Below are positions 17,920 through 26,310 of a stretch of 30,000 nucleotides of DNA, piece after piece. Under the pieces are notes generated by a model. That model made no database searches. It was given only the letters and a program-made list of their open reading frames with translations, and was not told where the DNA came from. Origin of the DNA: Burkholderiales bacterium GWF1_66_17 (lineage in GTDB: Bacteria; Pseudomonadota; Gammaproteobacteria; Burkholderiales; Burkholderiaceae_C); assembly GCA_001770705.1 (NCBI GenBank), contig MERT01000002.1, forward strand, positions 333,225-363,224, written 5' to 3'. Position numbers and translations under genes: made by a program. Position 1 is the stretch's first letter. Each line of letters begins with the position of its first letter.

Positions 17920-18360
17920 TTAGGCCTGAAAGTGGATGATGTGGGTCCCCACGCAGACCGTCTCACCACGCTGGTTGATCAGCGTGGCTTCCGCCCATAG
18001 CCGCCGTTTTTCGTCATCGGCTCGTGCGATGCGGTAGTTGACCGTCAAGGTATCGCCGATGCGCACGGCCTTGGTGAAGCGCACGTTGTCATAGCCGTAG
18101 GACACCGCCGGTCGTTTGACCATATCGAGGTATTTGGTGACTGCGCCCGCAATGAAGCCCACCATCATGGCGCCCTGTGCAATGCGACCACCAAAGCCCA
18201 TTCGTTTGCAGTACTCCTCGTCCATGTGGTTTGGGTGGTTATCTCCGCTGATGCCGGCGAACGCATAGATGTCGTATTCGCCCAGCGTGCGGGTATAGCT
18301 GGTGCTGGTGCCTATGAGAGTGGATACCGATCCTTCATGGGGAAATTTCAAATCAGACAT
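17920..18360 (-). CDS. MaoC-like (R)-specific enoyl-CoA hydratase/dehydratase (hot-dog fold)
   Basis: Hydratase-2 motif region FAGISGDNHPNHMD. 146 aa. Confidence 0.85.
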   Translation of the reverse strand: MSDLKFPHEGSVSTLIGTSTSYTRTLGEYDIYAFAGISGDNHPNHMDEEYCKRMGFGGRIAQGAMMVGFIAGAVTKYLDMVKRPAVSYGYDNVRFTKAVRIGDTLTVNYRIARADDEKRRLWAEATLINQRGETVCVGTHIIHFQA

Positions 18361-18405
18361 GGTGGCCTCTAGCGTGAGTAAAGAAAAGTTGAGATTGCGA
18401 TGGAC

Positions 18406-19527
18406 TCAGGCCCGGGTCGGCTCGATCGTGCCAGCGAGCGCCAGCAGGCTTTCAAAAAGAAAGTAGTCGCCCCAGATCAATTCGTTTTCCATCGCGACGC
18501 CGTTGCGCTTGTTGAAGCAGCCGGCGGTGAGGATGCCGGGCTGCCGCAGATCCATCGGCGACACCGGGGTGAGGTAGTTCACGGCGAGGTGCTCGATAGC
18601 GGTCTCTGCAGCCTGGCGATACGCCTTTGCTCTGCCTGGGATCAACGCAGCGAGCTTGAGCAGGCTGGCGGCGGCAATCGCCGTGGCCGATGTGTCCCGG
18701 TTGGTGTTAGGTATGGAAGGGTCGTCGAAGTCCCAGAAAGCCACACCGTCCGCCGGCGCGTGCGCCAACCACCAGTCCGCGACCCGAACGGCATCGGCCT
18801 CGAACGCTTTTTCACCGTGCGAGAGCGCCTGCGCCAAGCCGAGCATGGCCCAAGCTTGGGCGCGTCCCCAAGTGCTGCTGTCGTGAATGCCCTTGTGCGT
18901 GTAGCGCCTGATTAGGGAACCGTTTTCAGGATGGAATGTGGCCGACTGGCAAACCGACCCGTCGTCGCGCACGCACAAGGCGATGTGCTGGCGCAAGTGC
19001 TGGCGACCTATCTCAGCACTGTTCAACGTCGGCTCGTGGCTCAGCAACAGGGCTGCCGTACCAGGCAATGCATCAATGTTGGCTTCGTGAGTACCGACGC
19101 TGGAGGCCTCCTCGGCCTCCAGCCCCAGCGGTATAAGTCGCGCCCGGGCGTTGTACATATCGACTAGGCTCCGGGTACCAGCCGAGGCCAGTACCTGCGC
19201 CTCCTTGTCAGCCAGGAGGATCGCACCCAAATGTGCGCCGTACCAGAAAAGGAAGCCTTTGAAAACCGAATTGGACGACACACGGGGAGCCAACAGGGCG
19301 GACCAGCGTCTGGCGCCCTCAAGGTATCGGGCTTGACCAGTGTGAAGTGCCGCAAGCCAGAGCTGTCCGACCCAGAATCCACCAGTCCAGTCGGCACCCG
19401 GGCTGCGCACCCAAGTGCCATCCTCAGGATTCCCATAGTGAGGGAACCCCTCCTGTGGCTGTGCCAAGGTGGCATCTATGCGTTGGCACATGCGCGCGAT
19501 CGCGTTGTCAACCGTGGTTTTATCCAT
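18406..19527 (-). CDS. Glycoside hydrolase family 88 (unsaturated glucuronyl hydrolase)-like (alpha/alpha)6 protein, divergent
   Basis: Blocks that match my recollection of Bacillus UGL/GH88: FPHYG...DWTGGFWVGQLWLA, NIDAL, DDGSVCQSATFHPENGSLIRRYTHKGIHDSSTWGRAQAWA, DGVAFWDFDDP...RDTSATAIAA, IWGDYFLFESLLAL. No signal peptide is evident. GGAGA lies upstream of the ATG. Confidence 0.7.
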   Translation of the reverse strand: MDKTTVDNAIARMCQRIDATLAQPQEGFPHYGNPEDGTWVRSPGADWTGGFWVGQLWLAALHTGQARYLEGARRWSALLAPRVSSNSVFKGFLFWYGAHLGAILLADKEAQVLASAGTRSLVDMYNARARLIPLGLEAEEASSVGTHEANIDALPGTAALLLSHEPTLNSAEIGRQHLRQHIALCVRDDGSVCQSATFHPENGSLIRRYTHKGIHDSSTWGRAQAWAMLGLAQALSHGEKAFEADAVRVADWWLAHAPADGVAFWDFDDPSIPNTNRDTSATAIAAASLLKLAALIPGRAKAYRQAAETAIEHLAVNYLTPVSPMDLRQPGILTAGCFNKRNGVAMENELIWGDYFLFESLLALAGTIEPTRA

Positions 19528-19559
19528 GCTTTTGTCTCCAATCTGAGGGCTCTATGGAA

Positions 19560-19586
19560 TGTCCGGAGTGGTTTTGTTGCCGGACA
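19560..19586. promoter_or_regulatory. Inverted repeat TGTCCGG-N13-CCGGACA in the LysR/operon divergent intergenic region
   Basis: Perfect 7-bp arms. It lies 33 nt upstream of the GH88-like start and 89 nt upstream of the LysR start. It may be a regulator site or a 5-prime UTR hairpin. Confidence 0.3.
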
Positions 19587-19674
19587 GTGGGTTCTCTGGA
19601 GGGCATCGTATGGAGCTCTTTAATGCATGTCCAATATATAATTAGTCCTTGTTTTAGATGAAATAAGTATCAAT

Positions 19675-20553
19675 ATGGACCTGCGACACCTGCGCTATTT
19701 CGTTGCTGTTGCCGAGGAGTTGAGCTTCACAAAAGCAGCCGAGCGCCTGCACAAGGCTCAGCCTCCGGTTAGCCAGCAAATCCGCCAGTTGGAGGAGGAG
19801 ATCGGCGTGACTCTGCTCTTGCGCACAAGGCGCCATGTCGAACTGACCGAGGCGGGTCGAGTCTTTCTCGATCAGGCTCGGCAGATCCTGCGGTCCACCG
19901 AGGGCGCAGTGGTGCAGGCCCAGCGAGCGCAGCGTGGAGAAATCGGACGCATCACGGTGGGTTTCTTCGAGCACATGTCCTACACCTTGCTGCCCCCAAT
20001 ACTGCTGGCCTACCGTGAGCGCTTCCCAGCCGTGGAAGTTCAGCTGAGGTGGTTCCCGGTGATCAGCCAGGCGGAGGCCTTGCGCCGCGGTGACATAGAT
20101 ATTGCATTTCTGCGCACGGTGCCCGACATGAGTGATGTCACCTGGGAAACCATTCTGGAGGAGCCTTTTGTGCTCGCGGTCCCCTCCAACCATGCTCTGG
20201 CCGGCGCGGAATCTGTGTCCCTGAAAAGCTGCGCCCAGGAACAGTTCATCATGTACATGGAACACTTGGCGCCGGACTTTCGCGCCGCACACATGCGCAT
20301 GTGTGCCTCAGCCGGTTTCGTTCCGAAGGTGGCTTCGGAGGTGGGGCAGGTCTACACCCTGCTGGGTCTGGTCAGCTCTGGAGCCGGCATTGGCTTCGTA
20401 CCGGCCTCGGTGCAGAAGGTCCACTTCGATCTCGTGAAATACAAGCCCATCCAGGGCAAGCCCGTTACCTACGAAGTGCTTCTTGGCTGGAGTCAACGCA
20501 ATCCCACGCCTCTCATGAAGGCGTTTGTCGAGACTGCGAAATCGGTGTTGTGA
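19675..20553 (+). CDS. LysR family transcriptional regulator
   Basis: N-terminal HTH MDLRHLRYFVAVAEELSFTKAAERLHKAQPPVSQQIRQLEEEIGVTLLLRTRRHVELTEAG. It is divergent from the 8-gene operon. Confidence 0.92.
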   Translation: MDLRHLRYFVAVAEELSFTKAAERLHKAQPPVSQQIRQLEEEIGVTLLLRTRRHVELTEAGRVFLDQARQILRSTEGAVVQAQRAQRGEIGRITVGFFEHMSYTLLPPILLAYRERFPAVEVQLRWFPVISQAEALRRGDIDIAFLRTVPDMSDVTWETILEEPFVLAVPSNHALAGAESVSLKSCAQEQFIMYMEHLAPDFRAAHMRMCASAGFVPKVASEVGQVYTLLGLVSSGAGIGFVPASVQKVHFDLVKYKPIQGKPVTYEVLLGWSQRNPTPLMKAFVETAKSVL

Positions 20554-20577
20554 GATGCATCGATCGTCGAGCATCTC
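20552..20577. terminator. Hairpin GAGATGC-N12-GCATCTC between the convergent LysR and aldehyde dehydrogenase genes
   Basis: 7-bp stem overlapping the LysR stop codon. No U-tract. Confidence 0.3.
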
Positions 20578-20609
20578 AACTACCCACAGGCTTTGATGCC
20601 GCTTTCCGC

Positions 20610-22196
20610 TCAGTTAGCCAAGACGAAATTGCCATCGACCAGACGAGGAATGGCCAGCACATTCACATCGGACAACGCGGCGGGCAACAGGTCGACGGGA
20701 AAGTTTTGGTAGCACACCGGGCGGAGAAAGCGATCTATCGCGGCGCTCCCGACAGAGGTAGATCGACTGTCAGTGGTAGCAGGAAAGGGACCGCCATGCA
20801 CCATCGCGTGGCTCACCTCGACCCCCGTGGGAAAGCCGTTGACAAGAATTCGGCCCACCTTGTCTTCCAGCAATGGCAATAGGCGTCGAGCTAGTGACAC
20901 ATCTCCAGAGTTCATCTGGAGGGTAGCCGTGAGTTGGCCTTCCAGGCATCCCAGCAGATCCGCCATCTCGTCCACATCCCGACAACGAACGAGCAGCGAA
21001 CTTGGTCCGAAAATCTCGTCTCTCAACTCAGCATGACTCAGAAAGCTGTCCGCGTCAGTCGCAAAGAAATGTGCCCTGGCGCCACATCGGCCCGAAGTCG
21101 CCTGACCCATGGCGATCGTCTCGACACGCTCGTGTTCAGCCAGGAGCTTTACACCCGCTGCATATGCAGCGGCGATTCCTGGCGTCAGCATGACGCCAGC
21201 CACCTTGTTGCGCAAAGACTGGGCCGTTGCATCCACGAAATTCTCGAGTTCAGGTCCCGTGATTGCGATGACGATACCTGGATTGGTGCAGAACTGGCCT
21301 ACGCCCATGATCAGGGAGTCCGCAAATGCTTGGCCGATGCTCTCGGCACGAGCTAACAAGGCTTGTGGTAACAGGACCACCGGGTTGATGCTACTCATTT
21401 CGGCGTAAACAGGGATTGGGACATCGCGCGCGGCAGCCCGCCGGGACAGCGCCAGTCCGCCGGCGCGGGACCCCGTGAATCCCACTGCGCAAATGGCCGG
21501 GTGATCAACCAGTGCCTCGCCGACCGCATTGCCGACACCTTGGATCAGCGAAAAAGTTCCTTCTGGCAAACCACATTCGGCCACCGCTGCTTGCACAGCG
21601 CGTCCCACTAGTTCCGAGGTCCCGGGGTGAGCACCATGCGCCTTCACTACAACAGGACAGCCCGCGGCAAGTGCCGCTGCTGTGTCACCTCCAGCCACGG
21701 AAAAAGCTAGGGGAAAATTGCTTGCTCCAAATACGGCCACTGGACCCAGCGCTACATGGCACTTGCGCAGATCGGGCCGAGGAAGTGGAGTGCGCTCTGG
21801 CTGCGGCGAATCAAGCGTGGCACCCAGCCAGTGGCCCATTCGAACCACCCGGGCAAAGTGACGCAATTGGCCCGTGGTGCGGCCACGTTCACCTTCCAGT
21901 CGCGCCTTGGGCAAGGCTGTTTCCAGGGCAGCGCGCTCGGTGAGCGAGTCACCGAGTTCCTCGATGTGGCGCGCGATCGTTTCAAGAAAATGCGCTCGCT
22001 GATGTGGTGTGGTGGCCCGGTAGATCGGGAAGGCCGCCGCCGCCAGCCTACAGGCGCGGTCCACATCGCCCACTTCACCGCAACCAAACACCGGGTCGAT
22101 TTCCAAGTTCAAGGTCGGTGAAAAGGCCTTGAACTCACCGCTCTTTCCCTTGATCGAGACGGCTCCAATGAGCATGCTTCCTGTGATTTCCATCAT
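20610..22196 (-). CDS. Aldehyde dehydrogenase, alpha-ketoglutaric semialdehyde (2,5-dioxovalerate) dehydrogenase-like long subfamily
   Basis: About 527 aa. Catalytic Cys context GVGQFCTNPG, Glu context YAEMSSINP, and an N-terminal region ...GERGRTTGQLRHFA typical of this subfamily. AGGAA lies upstream. Confidence 0.8.
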   Translation of the reverse strand: MMEITGSMLIGAVSIKGKSGEFKAFSPTLNLEIDPVFGCGEVGDVDRACRLAAAAFPIYRATTPHQRAHFLETIARHIEELGDSLTERAALETALPKARLEGERGRTTGQLRHFARVVRMGHWLGATLDSPQPERTPLPRPDLRKCHVALGPVAVFGASNFPLAFSVAGGDTAAALAAGCPVVVKAHGAHPGTSELVGRAVQAAVAECGLPEGTFSLIQGVGNAVGEALVDHPAICAVGFTGSRAGGLALSRRAAARDVPIPVYAEMSSINPVVLLPQALLARAESIGQAFADSLIMGVGQFCTNPGIVIAITGPELENFVDATAQSLRNKVAGVMLTPGIAAAYAAGVKLLAEHERVETIAMGQATSGRCGARAHFFATDADSFLSHAELRDEIFGPSSLLVRCRDVDEMADLLGCLEGQLTATLQMNSGDVSLARRLLPLLEDKVGRILVNGFPTGVEVSHAMVHGGPFPATTDSRSTSVGSAAIDRFLRPVCYQNFPVDLLPAALSDVNVLAIPRLVDGNFVLAN

Positions 22197-22334
22197 TGTT
22201 CCTGAACTGCTGCCCCAGCGGATCCCCGCAGAGCAATGTGCTGATGTCGGCTTTCGCCGACCACTCGTCCTGCCAGGTCGGCGGAGACCGTGGTTGCCGC
22301 AATCCTTCGTGGGTAGCGGCGAAGGGATTGGTGC

Positions 22335-23549
22335 CTATTTGACAAGCGGACAGTTGCCGTCTGTCAATGGTCGGAAGGCTTCGTTCGCCGGGATGGTGGC
22401 GACTTGCTTGTAGAAGTCGCCTGGATAGCGCGATTCAGACGGCTTCTTCACTTCAAACAGATAGAGCGGGTGAATCTTGCGACCATCCTGCCGGATGCTG
22501 CCTTTACCAAAAAGTTTGTCCTCGGTGGGGGTGGCTTTCATATGCGCCACTACGGCAGCGCCATCGCCGTCAGCCTTCAGGGCGGCAACCGACTTGAGGT
22601 AGTGCATCACCGACGAATAGACGCCGGCCTGCGCCATGGTCGGGAACTTGCCTTTGTTGGCGGCTACGAACTCTTTGCCAAACTTGCGGTTTTCCTCGGT
22701 CATGTCCCAATACCAGGATTCGCTCAGCACCAGTCCTTGGGCCGCCTTCAGGCCCAGTGCCTGAACGTCGCTGATGAAGACAAGCAAGCCAGCGAGTTTC
22801 TGTCCCCCCTCGGTAATGCCAAACTCCGAGGCCTGCTTCACAGCACCAATGGTGTCTCCACCGGCATTTGCCAGGCCAATGACCTTTGCCTTGGACGCCT
22901 GTGCCTGCAGCAGGTAGGAAGAAAAATCAGTGCCGGGGAATGGGTGACGTACTTTGCCGAGTACCTTGCCCCCGCTCTTAACCACGACACTCTCTGTATC
23001 ACGTTCAAGCGCGTGGCCGAATGCATAGTCGGCCGTGACGAAATACCAGCTGTCGCCACCTGTCTTGACCACGGCCTTCCCTGTGCCATTGGCCAAGGCC
23101 CAGGTATCGTAGGACCAGTGGATAGAGTTCGGCGTGCAGGCCCTCCCGGTCAGGTCGGACGTACCGCCTCCGGATACGATCAGCACCTTGTTCTTTTCTT
23201 TGACGATCTCGTTGATGGCGAGAATCACCGACGAGGTTGGGACGTCGAAGATGGCATCGACTTTGTCCGCATCCAGCCAGCGGCGCGTGATGCTCGCTCC
23301 GACATCGGGCTTGTTTTGGTGGTCGGCGGACACGATCTCGACCTTCAGGCCGTGTTTCTCGGGGCCAAAATCTGCTACTGCCTTTCTTGCCGCCCAGATT
23401 GAACCTGGGCCGGACAGGTCGGCATAGACGCCAGTCTGATCGTTCAACACACCAATGCGAACGACGCCCTCAGTGATTTGGGCCTGCGCCGCTTGGGTGG
23501 CCATCAGGGCCGTCAGTACCAGCAGTTTGAATCCGGACTTTTTCAGCAT
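22335..23549 (-). CDS. Periplasmic substrate-binding protein, Leu/Ile/Val (LivJ/BraC) type 1 PBP family
   Basis: Signal peptide MLKKSGFKLLVLTALMATQAAQA-Q, followed by VRIGVLNDQTGVYADLSG. AAGGAGA lies upstream. Confidence 0.88.
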   Translation of the reverse strand: MLKKSGFKLLVLTALMATQAAQAQITEGVVRIGVLNDQTGVYADLSGPGSIWAARKAVADFGPEKHGLKVEIVSADHQNKPDVGASITRRWLDADKVDAIFDVPTSSVILAINEIVKEKNKVLIVSGGGTSDLTGRACTPNSIHWSYDTWALANGTGKAVVKTGGDSWYFVTADYAFGHALERDTESVVVKSGGKVLGKVRHPFPGTDFSSYLLQAQASKAKVIGLANAGGDTIGAVKQASEFGITEGGQKLAGLLVFISDVQALGLKAAQGLVLSESWYWDMTEENRKFGKEFVAANKGKFPTMAQAGVYSSVMHYLKSVAALKADGDGAAVVAHMKATPTEDKLFGKGSIRQDGRKIHPLYLFEVKKPSESRYPGDFYKQVATIPANEAFRPLTDGNCPLVK

Positions 23550-23673
23550 GTCTATCTCCTTCGGGGTGGGTTGAAAACACAGAAGGCCTGCACCCGAGGC
23601 GGAATTGCCTGGGTTTGGCTAGGGGAGGGAATCGGAAGGGGTTCTGACGAACCACTTTGGGATGGGCTACGAC

Positions 23674-24690
23674 TCAGCGTTTTGCCTGAGTTGGCACCGT
23701 GGTGGTGGATGTAACAGCTGATCCGGTCCACCCCTCGCGTGGCCGCTGGGGTTTACCCTCGCGACCACCGACCACGTTTTTGTACAAGGCAGCCAGTTCG
23801 CCAGCGACGCCACGGCGAAAAAGCAGGACGCAAAGTACAAAGATGCTGCCAATGATCACGGTGATCATCGAGCCCACTTTGTCTGCGAGTGTGTTCTGCA
23901 GGATGACCACAATGGCAGCGCCAACTAAGGGCCCAAAGACTGTACCGAGTCCACCCAACAGAGTCATCAGAACCACTTCACCCGAGGTGTGCCAATGGGC
24001 GTCGGTCAGGGTCGCGAACTGGAATACCAGGGCCTTGGTCCCACCAGCCAAACCGGACAGTCCAGCCGAAAGCACGAAGGCCATCAGCTTGTACCGATTC
24101 ACGTCGTAGCCCAACGAGATGGCGCGTGCTTCATTCTCCCGGATCGCTTTCAGAATTTCACCGAAGGGCGAGTGGATGATCCGACGGATCAGCCAGAAGC
24201 CAAACACGAAGATCCCGAAGACGAAGTAGTACATATTGACATCGGAGGAGAGGTCAACCAGACCCAGGAGTCTGCCCCGCGGAATGCCGTGCATGCCATC
24301 TTCACCGCCCGTGAACGGGGCTTGGAGGAACACGAAGTACATCATCTGCGAGAGCGCCAGAGTGATCATGGCGAAGTAGATGCCCTGGCGGCGGATGGCC
24401 AGCGACCCGAACACGAACCCCAAGCCTGCAGAGGCGAATACTGCGACCAGAATTGCTATCTCAGGAGGCAGACCCCAGGACTTGGTGCTGTAGCCAACCA
24501 CATAAGCGGACGTGCCGAGAAACACAGCATGACCAAAGGACAGAAGGCCGGTGTAGCCGATCAGCAAATTGAAGGCACAGGCGAAGAGGCCAAAGCACAG
24601 CACCTTCATGATCATTGTTGGGTAAAAGAGAAAAGGCGCCGCCATGCCGATCAATAACAAGGCCCCGTAACCCAAGAAACGTCTGTTCAT
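23674..24690 (-). CDS. Branched-chain-amino-acid-type ABC permease (LivM-like)
   Basis: Polytopic membrane protein with LivM-like loop GGEDGMHGIPR. I prefer the ATG at 24690 (MNRRFLG...). The track start at 24714 is a TTG that overlaps the upstream gene. Confidence 0.85.
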   Translation of the reverse strand: MNRRFLGYGALLLIGMAAPFLFYPTMIMKVLCFGLFACAFNLLIGYTGLLSFGHAVFLGTSAYVVGYSTKSWGLPPEIAILVAVFASAGLGFVFGSLAIRRQGIYFAMITLALSQMMYFVFLQAPFTGGEDGMHGIPRGRLLGLVDLSSDVNMYYFVFGIFVFGFWLIRRIIHSPFGEILKAIRENEARAISLGYDVNRYKLMAFVLSAGLSGLAGGTKALVFQFATLTDAHWHTSGEVVLMTLLGGLGTVFGPLVGAAIVVILQNTLADKVGSMITVIIGSIFVLCVLLFRRGVAGELAALYKNVVGGREGKPQRPREGWTGSAVTSTTTVPTQAKR

Positions 24691-24697
24691 CTTTGAC

Positions 24698-25588
24698 TCA
24701 CTTTTCTTTGCCAAATAGGCCTGATGGCCGAAACATCAGCACGATGGCCATGATCACAAAGACCACGGTGGCCGACGCTTCCGGATAGAAAACCTTAGTG
24801 AGTCCTTCGACCACACCGAGACTCACGCCAGTGACAATCGCGCCCAGAATGGATCCCATGCCACCAATGACCACGACTGCGAAGACGGTGATGATCAGGT
24901 TCGATCCCATCAGCGGGCTGAGCTGTCCAGTGGGTGCAGCCAGCACACCAGCAAATCCTGCGAGTCCAACCCCGAAGCCGTAGGTCAGCATGACCATGAC
25001 CGGCACATTTATGCCGAACGCTTGGGTCATCTTCGGGTTCTCAGTGGCCGCGCGCAGATAGGCACCCAGACGGGTCTTTTCAATCACGAACCAGGTCAGG
25101 AAACACACGGTGAGGGACGACACCACCACCCATAGCCGGTACTTGGGCAAGAACATGAAACCGAGGTTGATGCCGCCTGCAATTTCATCTGGTACCGAAA
25201 AAGGTTGTCCTGATACACCGTACAAGTGGCGGAAAAAACCTTCGATGATCAGTGCGAGGCCGAAGGTCAACAGCAGACCATAGAGGTGATCCAGCTTGTA
25301 GAGCCACTGAAGTAGGCTGCGCTCAATCGCAATTCCGAAGAGCCCCACCAACAGAGGGGCCGTGAGCAAGGACCACCAGTAGCTGATGCCCAAGTACTCC
25401 ATTCCCATCCATGCAACGAACGCGCCCATCATGAACAAGGCGCCGTGCGCAAAATTGATGATGTTGAGCATGCCAAAAATCACTGCGAGCCCCAGGCTCA
25501 GGATGGCGTAGAAGGAACCGTTTACGAGCCCCAAAATCACCTGCCCCATCAGGGCTTGTATCGGGATGCCAAATAGCGATGTCATCAT
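24698..25588 (-). CDS. Branched-chain-amino-acid-type ABC permease (LivH-like)
   Basis: Polytopic. The N-terminus ...QVILGLVNGSFYAILSLGLAVIFGMLNIINFAHG is typical of LivH. AAGGAG lies upstream. Confidence 0.88.
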   Translation of the reverse strand: MMTSLFGIPIQALMGQVILGLVNGSFYAILSLGLAVIFGMLNIINFAHGALFMMGAFVAWMGMEYLGISYWWSLLTAPLLVGLFGIAIERSLLQWLYKLDHLYGLLLTFGLALIIEGFFRHLYGVSGQPFSVPDEIAGGINLGFMFLPKYRLWVVVSSLTVCFLTWFVIEKTRLGAYLRAATENPKMTQAFGINVPVMVMLTYGFGVGLAGFAGVLAAPTGQLSPLMGSNLIITVFAVVVIGGMGSILGAIVTGVSLGVVEGLTKVFYPEASATVVFVIMAIVLMFRPSGLFGKEK

Positions 25589-25603
25589 GTCTCCTTCGCA
25601 AAC

Positions 25604-26308
25604 TCAGACGCCCAGGAGGTCCTGGAGCACGTGTTGCTTCTCATTGATTTCGTGCTGATGGATCTCTGCGGCAATCTGTCCGTGCTCGACCACATACATG
25701 CGGTCGGCCAGTGGTGCGGCAAAGCGGAAGTTTTGCTCGACGAGGAGAATCGTGTAGCCCTTGACCTTGAGGTCACGGATGACCTGGGCCAGTTTTTGTA
25801 CGATCACGGGTGCCAAGCCTTCCGAGATTTCGTCCAGCAGCAACAACCGGGCGCCGGTGCGCAGGATGCGCGCCATGGCCAGCATCTGCTGCTCCCCACC
25901 GGACAGGCGGGTGCCCTGGCTGTGGCGGCGCTCGTACAGATTGGGGAACATCGCGTAGATCTCGTCCAGACTCATGCCCCCGCTCCCCACCCGGGGTGGT
26001 AACAGCAGGTTCTCTTCACAGGACAGACTTGCATAGATCGCCCGCTCCTCGGGGCAAAATCCGACCCCCAGTCTGGCGATATGGTGGGGCGCCATGTCGA
26101 TAACCTCGCGGCCGTTGAGCATGATCGAACCGGTGCGCTTGCCTGTGAGTCCCATGATCGATCGCAGCGTGGTAGTTCGACCCGCACCATTGCGACCCAA
26201 AAGGGTCACGCACTCACCCCGATTCACCCTCAAGTCAAGCCCGTGCAGGATGTGGGATTCGCCGTAAAAAGTGTGCAGATCGGTGATCCGCAGGTATTCA
26301 TTGACCAT
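25604..26308 (-). CDS. ABC ATP-binding protein (LivF-like)
   Basis: Walker A GRNGAGRTT, signature LSGGEQQMLAMARIL, Walker B LLLLDE. The ATG at 26308 lies 2 nt after the LivG-like stop codon; the track's start at 26314 is a TTG. Confidence 0.9.
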   Translation of the reverse strand: MVNEYLRITDLHTFYGESHILHGLDLRVNRGECVTLLGRNGAGRTTTLRSIMGLTGKRTGSIMLNGREVIDMAPHHIARLGVGFCPEERAIYASLSCEENLLLPPRVGSGGMSLDEIYAMFPNLYERRHSQGTRLSGGEQQMLAMARILRTGARLLLLDEISEGLAPVIVQKLAQVIRDLKVKGYTILLVEQNFRFAAPLADRMYVVEHGQIAAEIHQHEINEKQHVLQDLLGV

Positions 26309-26310
26309 GC

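Noticed and set aside
19528-19674. A classical LysR T-N11-A box (for example TCTGAGGGCTCTA, or TAAT-N16-ATTA near 19622..19645).
   Set aside because: T-N11-A matches occur easily by chance. The candidates lack convincing dyad symmetry. Only the 7-bp inverted repeat at 19560..19586 seemed worth listing, and that with low confidence.
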